Shown here one piece after another: positions 55,555 to 64,000 of a stretch of 64,000 nucleotides of DNA (position 1 is the first letter of the stretch; every line of letters begins with the position of its first letter). This stretch comes from Candidatus Latescibacterota bacterium (GTDB lineage Bacteria; Krumholzibacteriota; Krumholzibacteriia; WVZY01; JAKEHA01), in NCBI GenBank assembly GCA_963707635.1, contig OY970173.1:2784001-2848000 (forward strand), written 5' to 3'. The notes below the pieces were generated by a model, which did not search any database, was not told where the DNA came from, and saw nothing but the letters and a program-made list of their open reading frames with translations. The translations under genes were made by a program, and so were the position numbers.

Positions 55555-57012
55555 GTGTCGCGCCTGTTCGTCGTCAATAATCCGAAGAACTGGCCGCTCC
55601 ACGTCCCTGGCGTGGAGGTGGTATCGGCGCGGAGCTACCTCACCGACTCGGCGTACAGCGAAATCGAGAACGCCAAGGTATTCAACCTGTGCCGGTCGTA
55701 TCGATACATGAGCACCGGGTACTACGTCTCGCTCCTCGCCGAGGCCCGCGGCCATCGCGCCATCCCGAGCATCATGACGCTGCAGGACATGCGCCAGGAC
55801 GCGATTTTCCGGATCCGCTCCGAGGACCTGGACGAGCTGATCCAGCGCGCCATGTCGCACCTCAAGGCGGAGCGCTACCAGTTGAGCATCTACTTCGGCC
55901 GGCCGCTCGCGAAGCGCTATGAGCGCCTCGCGCAGCAGCTGTTCTCCTATTTTGAAGCGCCGCTACTGCGTGCGCACTTCGTCTATCGCAAGAAGTGGGA
56001 GCTGGACCAGATCGATCCGATCGCGGTCAAGGACATCCCCGACTGGCAGCGACCGTTCGTGGTCAACGCGGCCGGAGAGTACTTCCTCAAGCTCGAGCGC
56101 AGGCCGCGCCGGCACAAGACCTTCCGGTACGACCTCGCGATTCTCTACAACCCGGACGAGGCCGAGCCTCCCTCCGACCCGCGCTCGCTGCGGAAATTCT
56201 GCCGCGCCGCCGAACAGCTGGGCATGGATCCCGAGCTCATCACGCGCGACGACTACCGGCGTATCGCCGAGTTCGACGCGCTCTTCATCCGCGAGACGAC
56301 GGCGGTCAACCACCACACCTATCGGTTCGCGCGGCGCGCGGTCGCGGAGGGGCTGCCGGTCATCGACGACCCCGAATCGATTATTCGCTGCACCAACAAG
56401 GTCTACCTGGCGGAGATGTTCGACCGCTATCGCCTCGCCACGCCGAAGACGATGATCGTCCACCGCGAGAACGCGAGCCAGGTCGCGGAGACGCTGAATC
56501 TCCCCTGCATCGTGAAACAACCCGACAGCTCGTTCTCGCAGGGGGTGGTGAAGCTCAACACCCACAAGGAGCTCGACGACGAGATCGAGCGACGGCTGGA
56601 AAGCTCGGACCTCCTGATCGCGCAGGAGTTCATGCCGACCGACTTCGACTGGCGCATCGGCGTGCTGGAGGGCAAGGCGCTCTACGCCTGCCGGTATTTC
56701 ATGGCGCACAAGCACTGGCAGATCCTGAAGCGCACCTCGCGCGGCCGGCTGCGGAGCGGGCGCGTGGAATCGATCGCGGTGCCGCGCGCGCCGCGCGACG
56801 TGATCCGGCTGGGCGTGGCCGCAGCCGGCGCGGTCGGCGACGGGCTCTACGGCGTCGACATCAAGCAGCGCGGCGACGAGTTCTACCTGATCGAGGTCAA
56901 CGACAACCCGAGCATCGAGGCGGGCTACGAAGACAAGATCCTCGGCGACAAGCTCTATACCCGGATCATGAAGTCGCTCCTGCGACGGATCGTCGAGCTA
57001 AAGGGAGCGTAA
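55555..57012 (+). CDS. RimK-family ATP-grasp ligase with N-terminal RLAN domain
   Basis: 'NLCRSYRYMSTGYYVSLLAEARGH', 'ALFIRETT', 'CTNKVYL', 'YGVDIK', 'IEVNDNPSI'. Confidence 0.9.
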   Translation: MSRLFVVNNPKNWPLHVPGVEVVSARSYLTDSAYSEIENAKVFNLCRSYRYMSTGYYVSLLAEARGHRAIPSIMTLQDMRQDAIFRIRSEDLDELIQRAMSHLKAERYQLSIYFGRPLAKRYERLAQQLFSYFEAPLLRAHFVYRKKWELDQIDPIAVKDIPDWQRPFVVNAAGEYFLKLERRPRRHKTFRYDLAILYNPDEAEPPSDPRSLRKFCRAAEQLGMDPELITRDDYRRIAEFDALFIRETTAVNHHTYRFARRAVAEGLPVIDDPESIIRCTNKVYLAEMFDRYRLATPKTMIVHRENASQVAETLNLPCIVKQPDSSFSQGVVKLNTHKELDDEIERRLESSDLLIAQEFMPTDFDWRIGVLEGKALYACRYFMAHKHWQILKRTSRGRLRSGRVESIAVPRAPRDVIRLGVAAAGAVGDGLYGVDIKQRGDEFYLIEVNDNPSIEAGYEDKILGDKLYTRIMKSLLRRIVELKGA

Positions 57013-57018
57013 CCGGGC

Positions 57019-58287
57019 GTGTCGCTGCGGCTTTTCGAGGGTTTTGGGGTCGAGCTGGAGTACATGCTCGTCCACGCGGACTCGCTCGACGTCCTCCCCG
57101 CCACCGATCAGGTCATCCTCGCCGTCGCGGGAGACTTTATCGCCGAGGTCGAGCGCGGCGCGCTCGCCTGGTCGAACGAGCTGGTCAACCACGTCATCGA
57201 GCTCAAGACCAACGGCCCCGCGCCGCAGCTTCGCGGGCTCGACGATGCCTTCGCGCGCGACGTGGTCGAAATCCTCGCGTTGCTTCGCCCGCTCGGCGGG
57301 CGCCTGATGCCGACCGCCACCCACCCGTGGATGGACCCCGCCCGCGAGACCACGCTCTGGTCGCACGAGGAATACAACGAGGTCTATGAGGCGTTCGATC
57401 GCATCTTCGGCGTGCGGGGGCACGGATGGGCGAACCTCCAGTGCGTGCATCTCAACATTCCCTTCTACGGGGACGCCGAGTTTGCGCGGCTCCACGCCGC
57501 CATGCGTCTGCTCCTTCCGATCATCCCGGCGATCGCGGCGAGCTCGCCCATCCTGGACGGACGCCTCACCGGCCTCATGGACAGCCGGATGCATTTCTAT
57601 CGCGAGAACACGAGGAAGATTCCCTCCATCACCGGCAAGGTGATTCCCGAGCCGGTGTACTCGAAGCGCGAATACGAGGAGACGATCCTGGGGCGCATGT
57701 ACGCCGATATCGCGCCGCACGACCCGGAGGAGACTCTGCGCGACGAGTGGCTGAATGCACGCGGCGCCATCGCGCGTTTCGACCGGAGTGCCATCGAGAT
57801 CCGCATCATCGACATCCAGGAGTGCCCCACCGCCGACTTCGCCGTCATGCACGCGATCACCTGCGTCCTGCGCGCGCTGGTCGAAGAGAAATGGCAGCCC
57901 GCCGAGCGCCAGCAACGGTTCGACACCGACGCGCTGAATGCCGTTCTACTCGACACCACCCGCCACGCGGAAGAGGCGGCGATTCGGGATTCCGATTACC
58001 TCGCCGCGTTCGGCTTGCACGCAACCCCGGTGAAAGCCGGCGAGCTGTGGCAGCACCTGGTCGAAACCGTGGTGGCGCCCGATGCGGACTTCGGCGATCC
58101 GTGGTCGTCGGCGATGCGTACCATTCTGGACGAAGGCACGCTCGCGCGGCGGATCGTGCGCGCGGTCGCCCGCGAGAAGCCGGGAGCGGCGGCCCGGGCC
58201 GGCCTCGAGCGTGACACGCTCCACCGAGTCTACGCCTCGCTGTGCGACTGCCTGAAGTGGAACCGGGGCTTCCATGCCACGCCGTGA
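57019..58287 (+). CDS. Glutamate--cysteine ligase family 2 (GCS2/YbdK-like carboxylate-amine ligase)
   Basis: 'FGVELEYM', 'NELVNHVIELKT', 'HPWMDP', 'HLN', 'ASSP', 'IEIRIID'. Confidence 0.88.
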   Translation: MSLRLFEGFGVELEYMLVHADSLDVLPATDQVILAVAGDFIAEVERGALAWSNELVNHVIELKTNGPAPQLRGLDDAFARDVVEILALLRPLGGRLMPTATHPWMDPARETTLWSHEEYNEVYEAFDRIFGVRGHGWANLQCVHLNIPFYGDAEFARLHAAMRLLLPIIPAIAASSPILDGRLTGLMDSRMHFYRENTRKIPSITGKVIPEPVYSKREYEETILGRMYADIAPHDPEETLRDEWLNARGAIARFDRSAIEIRIIDIQECPTADFAVMHAITCVLRALVEEKWQPAERQQRFDTDALNAVLLDTTRHAEEAAIRDSDYLAAFGLHATPVKAGELWQHLVETVVAPDADFGDPWSSAMRTILDEGTLARRIVRAVAREKPGAAARAGLERDTLHRVYASLCDCLKWNRGFHATP

Positions 58288-58999
58288 CCGCGGCCGGCGC
58301 GACCTTGCGATCGTCGTGAGCTGCGAGCACGGCGGACATCGCGTCCCCGCGCACTACCGTTCGCTTTTCAAGGGCCACGAGCGCGTTCTAGCTTCGCACC
58401 GGGGGTGGGACCCGGGAGCGCTGGTGCTGGCGCGCGCGATCGCGCGCGTGTGCGGCGCCCGGCTGGTCGCCACCACGACCTCGCGCTTGTTGGTCGAATG
58501 CAACCGCTCGATCGGGCACCCGCAGCTCTTCTCCGAGTTCACGCGCCGACTCCCGCCCAACGAGCGCACACGCCTCCTGGAGCGCTACTACCGCCCCCAT
58601 CGCCGCGCGGTCGAAGAAGCGATCACCCGCGCGCTCGAGTCGCACAAACGCGTGTTGCACGTCGGCGTGCATACGTTCACGCCGGTCTTGAACGGCGTGC
58701 GGCGACGCGCCGACGTCGGCCTGCTCTACGACCCGAAGCGCCCGTTCGAGCACGCGGTGGCCGACTCCCTCGTCGTCCACCTCGGCCTGCGCGCGCCCGC
58801 GCTGGTTGTCCGCAGGAACTATCCGTATCGCGGCTGGTCCGACGGCCTGACCACGGCGCTGCGTTCGTGGCTCCCCCGCGGCCGCTACGCCGGCATCGAG
58901 CTGGAAGTGAACCAGGCGCTCGCCGCCGGAAACGCCCACGCCTGGTCGGCGACGCGGCGCCGGATCGCGGCGTCGTTTCGGGACGCCTTTCTGGACTGA
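58274..58999 (+). CDS. N-formylglutamate amidohydrolase family protein
   Basis: 'SCEHGG', 'HRGWDPGA', 'SRLLVECNR', 'YYRPHR', 'VHTFTP', 'NYPY', 'IELEV'. Confidence 0.88.
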   Translation: MPRRDRGRRDLAIVVSCEHGGHRVPAHYRSLFKGHERVLASHRGWDPGALVLARAIARVCGARLVATTTSRLLVECNRSIGHPQLFSEFTRRLPPNERTRLLERYYRPHRRAVEEAITRALESHKRVLHVGVHTFTPVLNGVRRRADVGLLYDPKRPFEHAVADSLVVHLGLRAPALVVRRNYPYRGWSDGLTTALRSWLPRGRYAGIELEVNQALAAGNAHAWSATRRRIAASFRDAFLD

Positions 59000-59011
59000 G
59001 TCCGGAAAAGA

Positions 59012-59042
59012 GCGAAGCCCGCCGGCGCACCGACGGGCTTCG
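59012..59042. terminator. Hairpin between convergent genes
   Basis: CGAAGCCCG...CGGGCTTCG inverted repeat. Confidence 0.55.
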
Positions 59043-59066
59043 TCGCACAGAGTCTCACCGGCGAGC

Positions 59067-59714
59067 CTAGATACCGACCCCGACCCCTACGCTCACAAAT
59101 GGTTCACCGCTATCGTACGGTGAGTTGTCGTCCTGGAGGACGTCGAAGAGCACTTCGACCGTCAACGCGGTGCGAGGGCTGATCCGCTGGACCACCCCCC
59201 CGCCGACCAGGAGAAATGGCACCCATGTGCGATCTGTCTCCTGGCCGGAGATCTGGTACTCATAGCTCATGTAGTCGAATTCGGCGTGCCCGTAGAAGCG
59301 CGGCACCGGAAAGAAACGGGCGAAGACACCGCCGCCGTAATTGCTCGCCGTGACCTTCTTGCCGTAACTTTCGTCTTCGACGTATTCGTATGTCGCCTCG
59401 ACGCCGACCGCCACTCGCGGCGTAAGCATCATGCCAATCATCGGTGAGATGCTGATGCTCGTGTAGTCACCAAACGTCGCGCCGACCGTTCCGCCGTAGA
59501 AAATGTCTCGCTTCTTCTTCGGCTTCTCCGCGGGCGGAGGCGCCTGGGTCGCCGCGGCGGTAGACGCAGCGGCGGGCGCCGGTGCGATGGCCGCCGGAGC
59601 GGCGGTCGAATCAACGATCGTCGAATCGACCGTCGCCGATTCCGTCTGGGCGGACGCGTTCGCGGCGAGCAGAATCGTGAACATGACCGGGACGAGCGCG
59701 ATTGATGACTTCAT
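59067..59714 (-). CDS. Putative outer-membrane beta-barrel protein
   Basis: GGAGG RBS; signal peptide 'MKSSIAL...ASA'; alternating aromatic/Gly beta strands ending 'VSVGVGVGI'. Confidence 0.7.
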   Translation of the reverse strand: MKSSIALVPVMFTILLAANASAQTESATVDSTIVDSTAAPAAIAPAPAAASTAAATQAPPPAEKPKKKRDIFYGGTVGATFGDYTSISISPMIGMMLTPRVAVGVEATYEYVEDESYGKKVTASNYGGGVFARFFPVPRFYGHAEFDYMSYEYQISGQETDRTWVPFLLVGGGVVQRISPRTALTVEVLFDVLQDDNSPYDSGEPFVSVGVGVGI

Positions 59715-59918
59715 GGTTCCTCCACCTTCTCGCATGAACATGAAAGGCCGGACAATCGCCACAGTACGCCGATACAGGGACCGAGTCACGACTTTTTCCG
59801 CGGGCCGTGGCCACAAGACCGCGACCCCATGCGACCCGCGTTTTTTCGTATTCCCTTTCATTTTCCCCTGTGATAAGTTTTCAACCGATTCGTGACTGTA
59901 ACCCTTGGAGGTCAACGC

Positions 59919-60359
59919 GTGAAACGCTTTTGCATTCTTGTCACTGGACTGTTTCTCGTCGCCACCGAAGCCGCGCCTGCATTTGCCGGCGTCGGGTTTC
60001 ACATCGGGGGAACGATCGACCCGGATATGTTCCTGATCGGCGCACGCTTCAGGAGCCGCCCCCTCGCAGAGGCGATTTACGTGGTCCCCAACGCCGAGGC
60101 GGGCTTCGGCAGCGACATCCTCATGATCGGCGGCAACCTGGACGGCTACTATTCCTTCAAGACCAGCTCTGAGCTCCGGCCGTATATCGGCGGCGGCATC
60201 ACGCTCAACTGGTTCGACTTCGACAACGGCGGGAGCGACACCGAGTTTGGCGGGAGCATTCTCGGCGGAATCTATGTCAAACCAACGCTCTTCTTCGAGA
60301 CCAAGTGGGGACTGGGAGACGTTCCCGACTGGAAGTTCTACGTCGGCTGGAACAAGTAG
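59919..60359 (+). CDS. Small outer-membrane beta-barrel protein (OmpW/OmpA-like)
   Basis: GGAGG RBS; signal peptide; 'LRPYIGGGI'; ends 'KFYVGWNK'. Confidence 0.72.
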   Translation: MKRFCILVTGLFLVATEAAPAFAGVGFHIGGTIDPDMFLIGARFRSRPLAEAIYVVPNAEAGFGSDILMIGGNLDGYYSFKTSSELRPYIGGGITLNWFDFDNGGSDTEFGGSILGGIYVKPTLFFETKWGLGDVPDWKFYVGWNK

Positions 60360-60401
60360 GCTGGCGTCCACCTGCTCCAGGGGTCCGATAAGCCCCGAGA
60401 C

Positions 60402-60444
60402 AAACGGCCCACGTCGAAGGACGCGGGCCGTTTCAGTTGGTGCG
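60402..60444 (-). repeat. Terminator hairpin plus tRNA 3' tip (CGCACCA); direct repeat of 61498-61541
   Basis: AAACGGCCCACGTC..GACGCGGGCCGTTTCAGTTGGTGCG versus AAACGGCCACGTC..GACGTGGGCCGTTTTAGTTGGTGCG. Confidence 0.78.
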
Positions 60445-60454
60445 TCCCCCAGCG

Positions 60455-61447
60455 TCAGCGATTGACGAGCCCCAGCATCTTCGGATCGTAGCGACCGCCC
60501 ACGACGGCGCCCTTCGGCGAGGCCTCTTCGATGCGCGCGATATCCGCGTCGCCGAGCTCGACATCGACCGCCGCTATGTTCTCTTCCAACCGCGCGATGC
60601 TGCTCGTACCCGGAATCGGGATGATGTCGTCGCGCCGGTGCAGCAGCCAGGCCAGGGCGAGTTGGGCCGGCGTGCAGCCTTTCTTCGCCGCCACTTCCCT
60701 TACCCTTTCGGCAATCGCCAGGTTCTTCGCAAAATTTTCGCCCTGGAACCGCGGGTTGTTGCGACGCCAGTCGTCGGGACTCAAGTCCTCGACCCCTCGA
60801 AAGCGTCCACCCAGGAATCCGCGGCCGAGGGGGCTGTACGCGATCAGCGCAATGCCTAGCTCCTCCAGGGTCGATAGCATCTCGAGTTCCGGGTCCCGGG
60901 TGAACAGAGAGTATTCATTCTGCACCGACGCCAGCGGATGAACCGCGTGCGCGCGGCGAGCCGTGGCTACCGACGGCTCCGACAATCCGATGTGCCTCAC
61001 CTTTCCCTCGCGCACGAGCTCTGCCATCGCACCGACGGTCTCCTCGATCGGCACGGACGTGTCGACGCGGTGCAACTGATAGAGATCGATGTATTCGACG
61101 CCCAGGCGTTTGAGCGAAGACTCGCACGCCTGGCGCACGTACTTCGCGCTGCCGTCGACGGGGCGCCCGGCGGCTGCCCCTCCGCGCGCGAAACCGAACT
61201 TCGTGGCGAGGATCACACGCTCACGCCGGCCCCTGATGGCCTTGCCCACCTTGAGCTCCGAGTCGCCGTAGATGTCGGCGGTGTCGAGGAACGTGAGACC
61301 CAGATCGAGGGCACGGTGAATGAGCGCCATGGCCTCATCGTCGTTCTTCACGCTGCTGGTATACGTATCCGCGATGCCAATGCTCATGCAGCCGAGACCC
61401 AGAGCCGACACCTCGGGGCCGCTGCGGCCGAGTTTTCGATGCTTCAT
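60455..61447 (-). CDS. Aldo/keto reductase
   Basis: 'SALGLGCM', 'DTADIYG', 'ATKFG', 'IDLYQLHR', '[10 protein letters not shown]', 'YSPLGRG', 'PIPGT'. Confidence 0.95.
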   Translation of the reverse strand: MKHRKLGRSGPEVSALGLGCMSIGIADTYTSSVKNDDEAMALIHRALDLGLTFLDTADIYGDSELKVGKAIRGRRERVILATKFGFARGGAAAGRPVDGSAKYVRQACESSLKRLGVEYIDLYQLHRVDTSVPIEETVGAMAELVREGKVRHIGLSEPSVATARRAHAVHPLASVQNEYSLFTRDPELEMLSTLEELGIALIAYSPLGRGFLGGRFRGVEDLSPDDWRRNNPRFQGENFAKNLAIAERVREVAAKKGCTPAQLALAWLLHRRDDIIPIPGTSSIARLEENIAAVDVELGDADIARIEEASPKGAVVGGRYDPKMLGLVNR

Positions 61448-61534
61448 ATTGCTGCCTCCTGGTCACACGTATGATATCGGCACAGAATCGAAAATGCAAA
61501 CGGCCACGTCCGCGCCGACGTGGGCCGTTTTAGT

Positions 61535-61594
61535 TGGTGCGCCGCGAAAGACTCGAACCTTCAACCACCTGATCAAGAGTCAGATGCTCTACCA
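61535..61594 (-). pseudogene. 5'-truncated tRNA-Lys(CTT) (60-nt 3' fragment, att-like)
   Basis: Minus strand TGGTAGAGCATCTGACTCTTGATCAGGTGGTTGAAGGTTCGAGTCTTTCGCGGCGCACCA contains the anticodon arm, T arm and CCA; no contiguous 5' acceptor or D stem. Confidence 0.8.
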
Positions 61595-61758
61595 CGCACG
61601 CTGGCCCTCGGGCCTGCGTGCGTGATAGACTTATATCCAACGCGAGAGCCTCCTACCGACGCTCCCGCCTGATCGTCGACATCCGAACGTCGGCCGGGTG
61701 TAGTTATGTGTTCTTCGGCGGCCACCGACTCCGCCCCCGAATACGCAGGAGGCCGTCC

Positions 61759-64000
61759 ATGCGCTCGTTTCTCCTCTCCCTGTCGATCACTGTCAGCCTG
61801 TTTCCCGTCGCCGCGAGCGCCCAGTGGGGGCTCGACGGGGCTCCGATCTGCACCGCGTGGAACAGCCAGTACTCCCCGGACATTGTCTCCGACGGCGCGG
61901 GCGGAGCGATCATTGCCTGGTACGACTACCGTTTGAGCAGCCTGGATATCTACGTGCAGCGGGTAAACGCTCTAGGGATTCCGCAGTGGACAGCCAACGG
62001 TGTCGCACTGTGTTCGGCCGCCAACGAACAGTACTACCCGGTCGTCGTCTCCGACGGCGCGGGCGGAGCGATCGTCGCGTGGTACGACGGCCGCGGAAGT
62101 AGCTACGATATCTACGCGCGGCGAATCAACTCGTCGGGGGTTCCCCAGTGGGCAGCCGACGGCGTCGCCCTCACAACCGCGGCGAACGGCCAGTTCAGCC
62201 CCACCATAGTTTCCGATGGTGCCGGAGGAGCGATCGTCGCATGGTACGATTTCAGCAGCGGATCCGATTACGACATCTACGCGCGGCGGATCAACGCGTC
62301 GGGAACTCCCCAGTGGACCGCCAACGGTGTCGCCCTCTGCACCGCTCTTAACGACCAGGCCTATCCCAACCTCGTCTCCGACGGCGCGGGCGGAGCGATC
62401 GTCGTGTGGAGTGACTATCGATCCGGCGCAGGCGACATCTACGCGCGACGGATCAATGCATCGGGGACGCCGCAATGGACCGCCAACGGCGTCGCCCTTT
62501 GCAGCACGGTCGGAGATCAGGCGCACCCCGCCATCGCCGTGGATGGCGCGGGCGGAGCTATCGTGGCATGGGACGACCGTCGCGGCGGACCGAACTCGGA
62601 TCTCTATATCCAGCGCGTGAACGCGTCGGGAACGCCGCAGTGGGCCCCCAACGGCGTCGCCATGTGCACCGCCATGAACGATCAGGAGTACCCCGCCATC
62701 ACCCTCGACGGAGCGGGCGGTGCGATCGTGGCCTGGGAGGACTTCCGCAGCGGATTCGACCACGACATTTTCGCCCAGCGGATGGTCGCCTCGGGATCTC
62801 CCCAGTGGGCCGATAACGGCGTTGCCGTTGCCATCGCACCGAACTCGACATATCTGCCTACCATGGTTTCCGATGGCACCGGTGGTGCAATTCTAGCGTG
62901 GCAGGACGACCGCAACGGGTTCGACTTCTCCGACGTCTACATGCAACGGCTCGATGCGCTCGGGAACGCCCAGTGGACCCCCAACGGAGCCGTGATCTCG
63001 AGCGCGGTCGGTCACCAATACGACCTGGCGTTGATCACCGACGGTGCCGGAGGAGCGACGGTCGCCTGGACGGATGACCGCAGCAGTTTCTACAGCACCC
63101 ACATCTACGCCCAGCGAGTCGAAGATCACTATGGGTACTGGGGGCACCCGGAGCCCGTCGTCAAGTCGGTCGCCGACATTCCGAAAGACAACGGCGGAAG
63201 GGTCGCACTCAACTGGACGCCGAGTGGGCGCGACCTCTCGAACCCGCGCACGGTCGATCATTACACGATCTGGCGCGCGGTCGACGTCATCCCGGCCCCG
63301 GTCTCGAACGCGACCGCGGTCTTGACCGACATTGCGAATGTGGGCGAGACCGCGGACGGACCGGTGTACGCGGTACTTCCTTCTTTGTCCGGCTACTACT
63401 GGGAGCTGGTGGGAACGCAGTCCGCGAACGCCTGGTCCGGGTACTCGTTCTCCACCTCGACGCGTGCCGATTCGGTCGCCGGGAATTCGGGAACCGAGAC
63501 CTTCATGGTGGCGGCGCACCTCCAGTACGACTCCTATGTCGCGTTCCCGTCGAACGTGATGAGCGGCCACTCCGTCGATAACCTGGCTCCCGCCGCCCCG
63601 CTGATGCTCACAGCGCTGCGTGCCGGCGCCGACGTGCACTTGCAATGGAATCGCGTGCGCGTCCCTGACCTGCGCGACTACTCGCTGTATCGCGCCACGT
63701 CCACCGGTGTGACCCCCGTGCCGATCAACTTCCTCGCGTCGGCCGAGGAGACGTTGCTGGTCGACGCAGGCGCGCCGTCCTCCGCGCTTTACTACATCGT
63801 GACCGCTATCGACGTGCACCACAACCAGGGTCCACCGTCGAATGAGGCCAGTGTCGGTGCGCTGACTGGCATCGGAAACACACCACCGATCGCCGCCCTG
63901 ACCGTGCTCGAGAACGTGCCAAATCCGTTCAATTCCCGAACGACATTGCGCGTCGGCCTGCCGCGGGCGAGCGAACTGGAGGTCGAGGTGTACGACGTCT
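61759..64000 (+). CDS. Secreted 8-repeat beta-propeller protein with FN3-like domain and FlgD-Ig CTD (3'-partial; absent from the ORF track)
   Basis: AGGAGG RBS; MRSFLLSLSITVSLFPVAASA-QW; eight ~54-aa repeats 'SDGAGGAIVAW.D.R...DIYA.R....G.PQW..NGV'; same frame reaches 'NVPNPFN' at ~63913. Confidence 0.88.
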   Translation, partial: MRSFLLSLSITVSLFPVAASAQWGLDGAPICTAWNSQYSPDIVSDGAGGAIIAWYDYRLSSLDIYVQRVNALGIPQWTANGVALCSAANEQYYPVVVSDGAGGAIVAWYDGRGSSYDIYARRINSSGVPQWAADGVALTTAANGQFSPTIVSDGAGGAIVAWYDFSSGSDYDIYARRINASGTPQWTANGVALCTALNDQAYPNLVSDGAGGAIVVWSDYRSGAGDIYARRINASGTPQWTANGVALCSTVGDQAHPAIAVDGAGGAIVAWDDRRGGPNSDLYIQRVNASGTPQWAPNGVAMCTAMNDQEYPAITLDGAGGAIVAWEDFRSGFDHDIFAQRMVASGSPQWADNGVAVAIAPNSTYLPTMVSDGTGGAILAWQDDRNGFDFSDVYMQRLDALGNAQWTPNGAVISSAVGHQYDLALITDGAGGATVAWTDDRSSFYSTHIYAQRVEDHYGYWGHPEPVVKSVADIPKDNGGRVALNWTPSGRDLSNPRTVDHYTIWRAVDVIPAPVSNATAVLTDIANVGETADGPVYAVLPSLSGYYWELVGTQSANAWSGYSFSTSTRADSVAGNSGTETFMVAAHLQYDSYVAFPSNVMSGHSVDNLAPAAPLMLTALRAGADVHLQWNRVRVPDLRDYSLYRATSTGVTPVPINFLASAEETLLVDAGAPSSALYYIVTAIDVHHNQGPPSNEASVGALTGIGNTPPIAALTVLENVPNPFNSRTTLRVGLPRASELEVEVYDV

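Noticed and set aside
61535..61664. Intact tRNA-Lys with a long D-loop insertion (GCGTCGG-TAG at ~61662-61653 could pair with the acceptor 3' strand)
   Set aside because: Only 6 of 7 pairs form, the D stem is out of register, and such a match is plausible by chance in GC-rich DNA.

Overview
GC-rich bacterial chromosomal window. At least 8 proteins carry a PNPFNP/FlgD-Ig C-terminal sorting domain (CTD) and two end in a short 'KALYR' tail. This suggests an FCB-group candidate lineage such as Krumholzibacteriota, Latescibacterota or Eisenbacteria (inference only). The window holds an ExbB/ExbD/ExbD/TonB-like motor operon, a partial transhydrogenase locus, sugar-modification genes, two ECF sigma modules, secreted M6/M36/S41 proteases, a secreted pentaheme cytochrome, FtsH, tyrA, trmB, a RimK/GCS2/FGase peptide-ligase operon and the tmRNA gene ssrA (46533-46904, minus strand). 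The most striking structure lies downstream of ssrA: three ungapped 175-bp elements (30420-30594, 41051-41225, 43034-43208), each made of the ssrA 3' end plus a conserved att-like arm. They divide about 16 kb into three cargo segments (one gene, one gene, ten genes), and no integrase is visible, so this looks like a tmRNA-anchored, integrase-less cassette array. A smaller similar arrangement sits at a truncated tRNA-Lys (60402-61594). Three genes carry single-base frameshifts that may be assembly errors.
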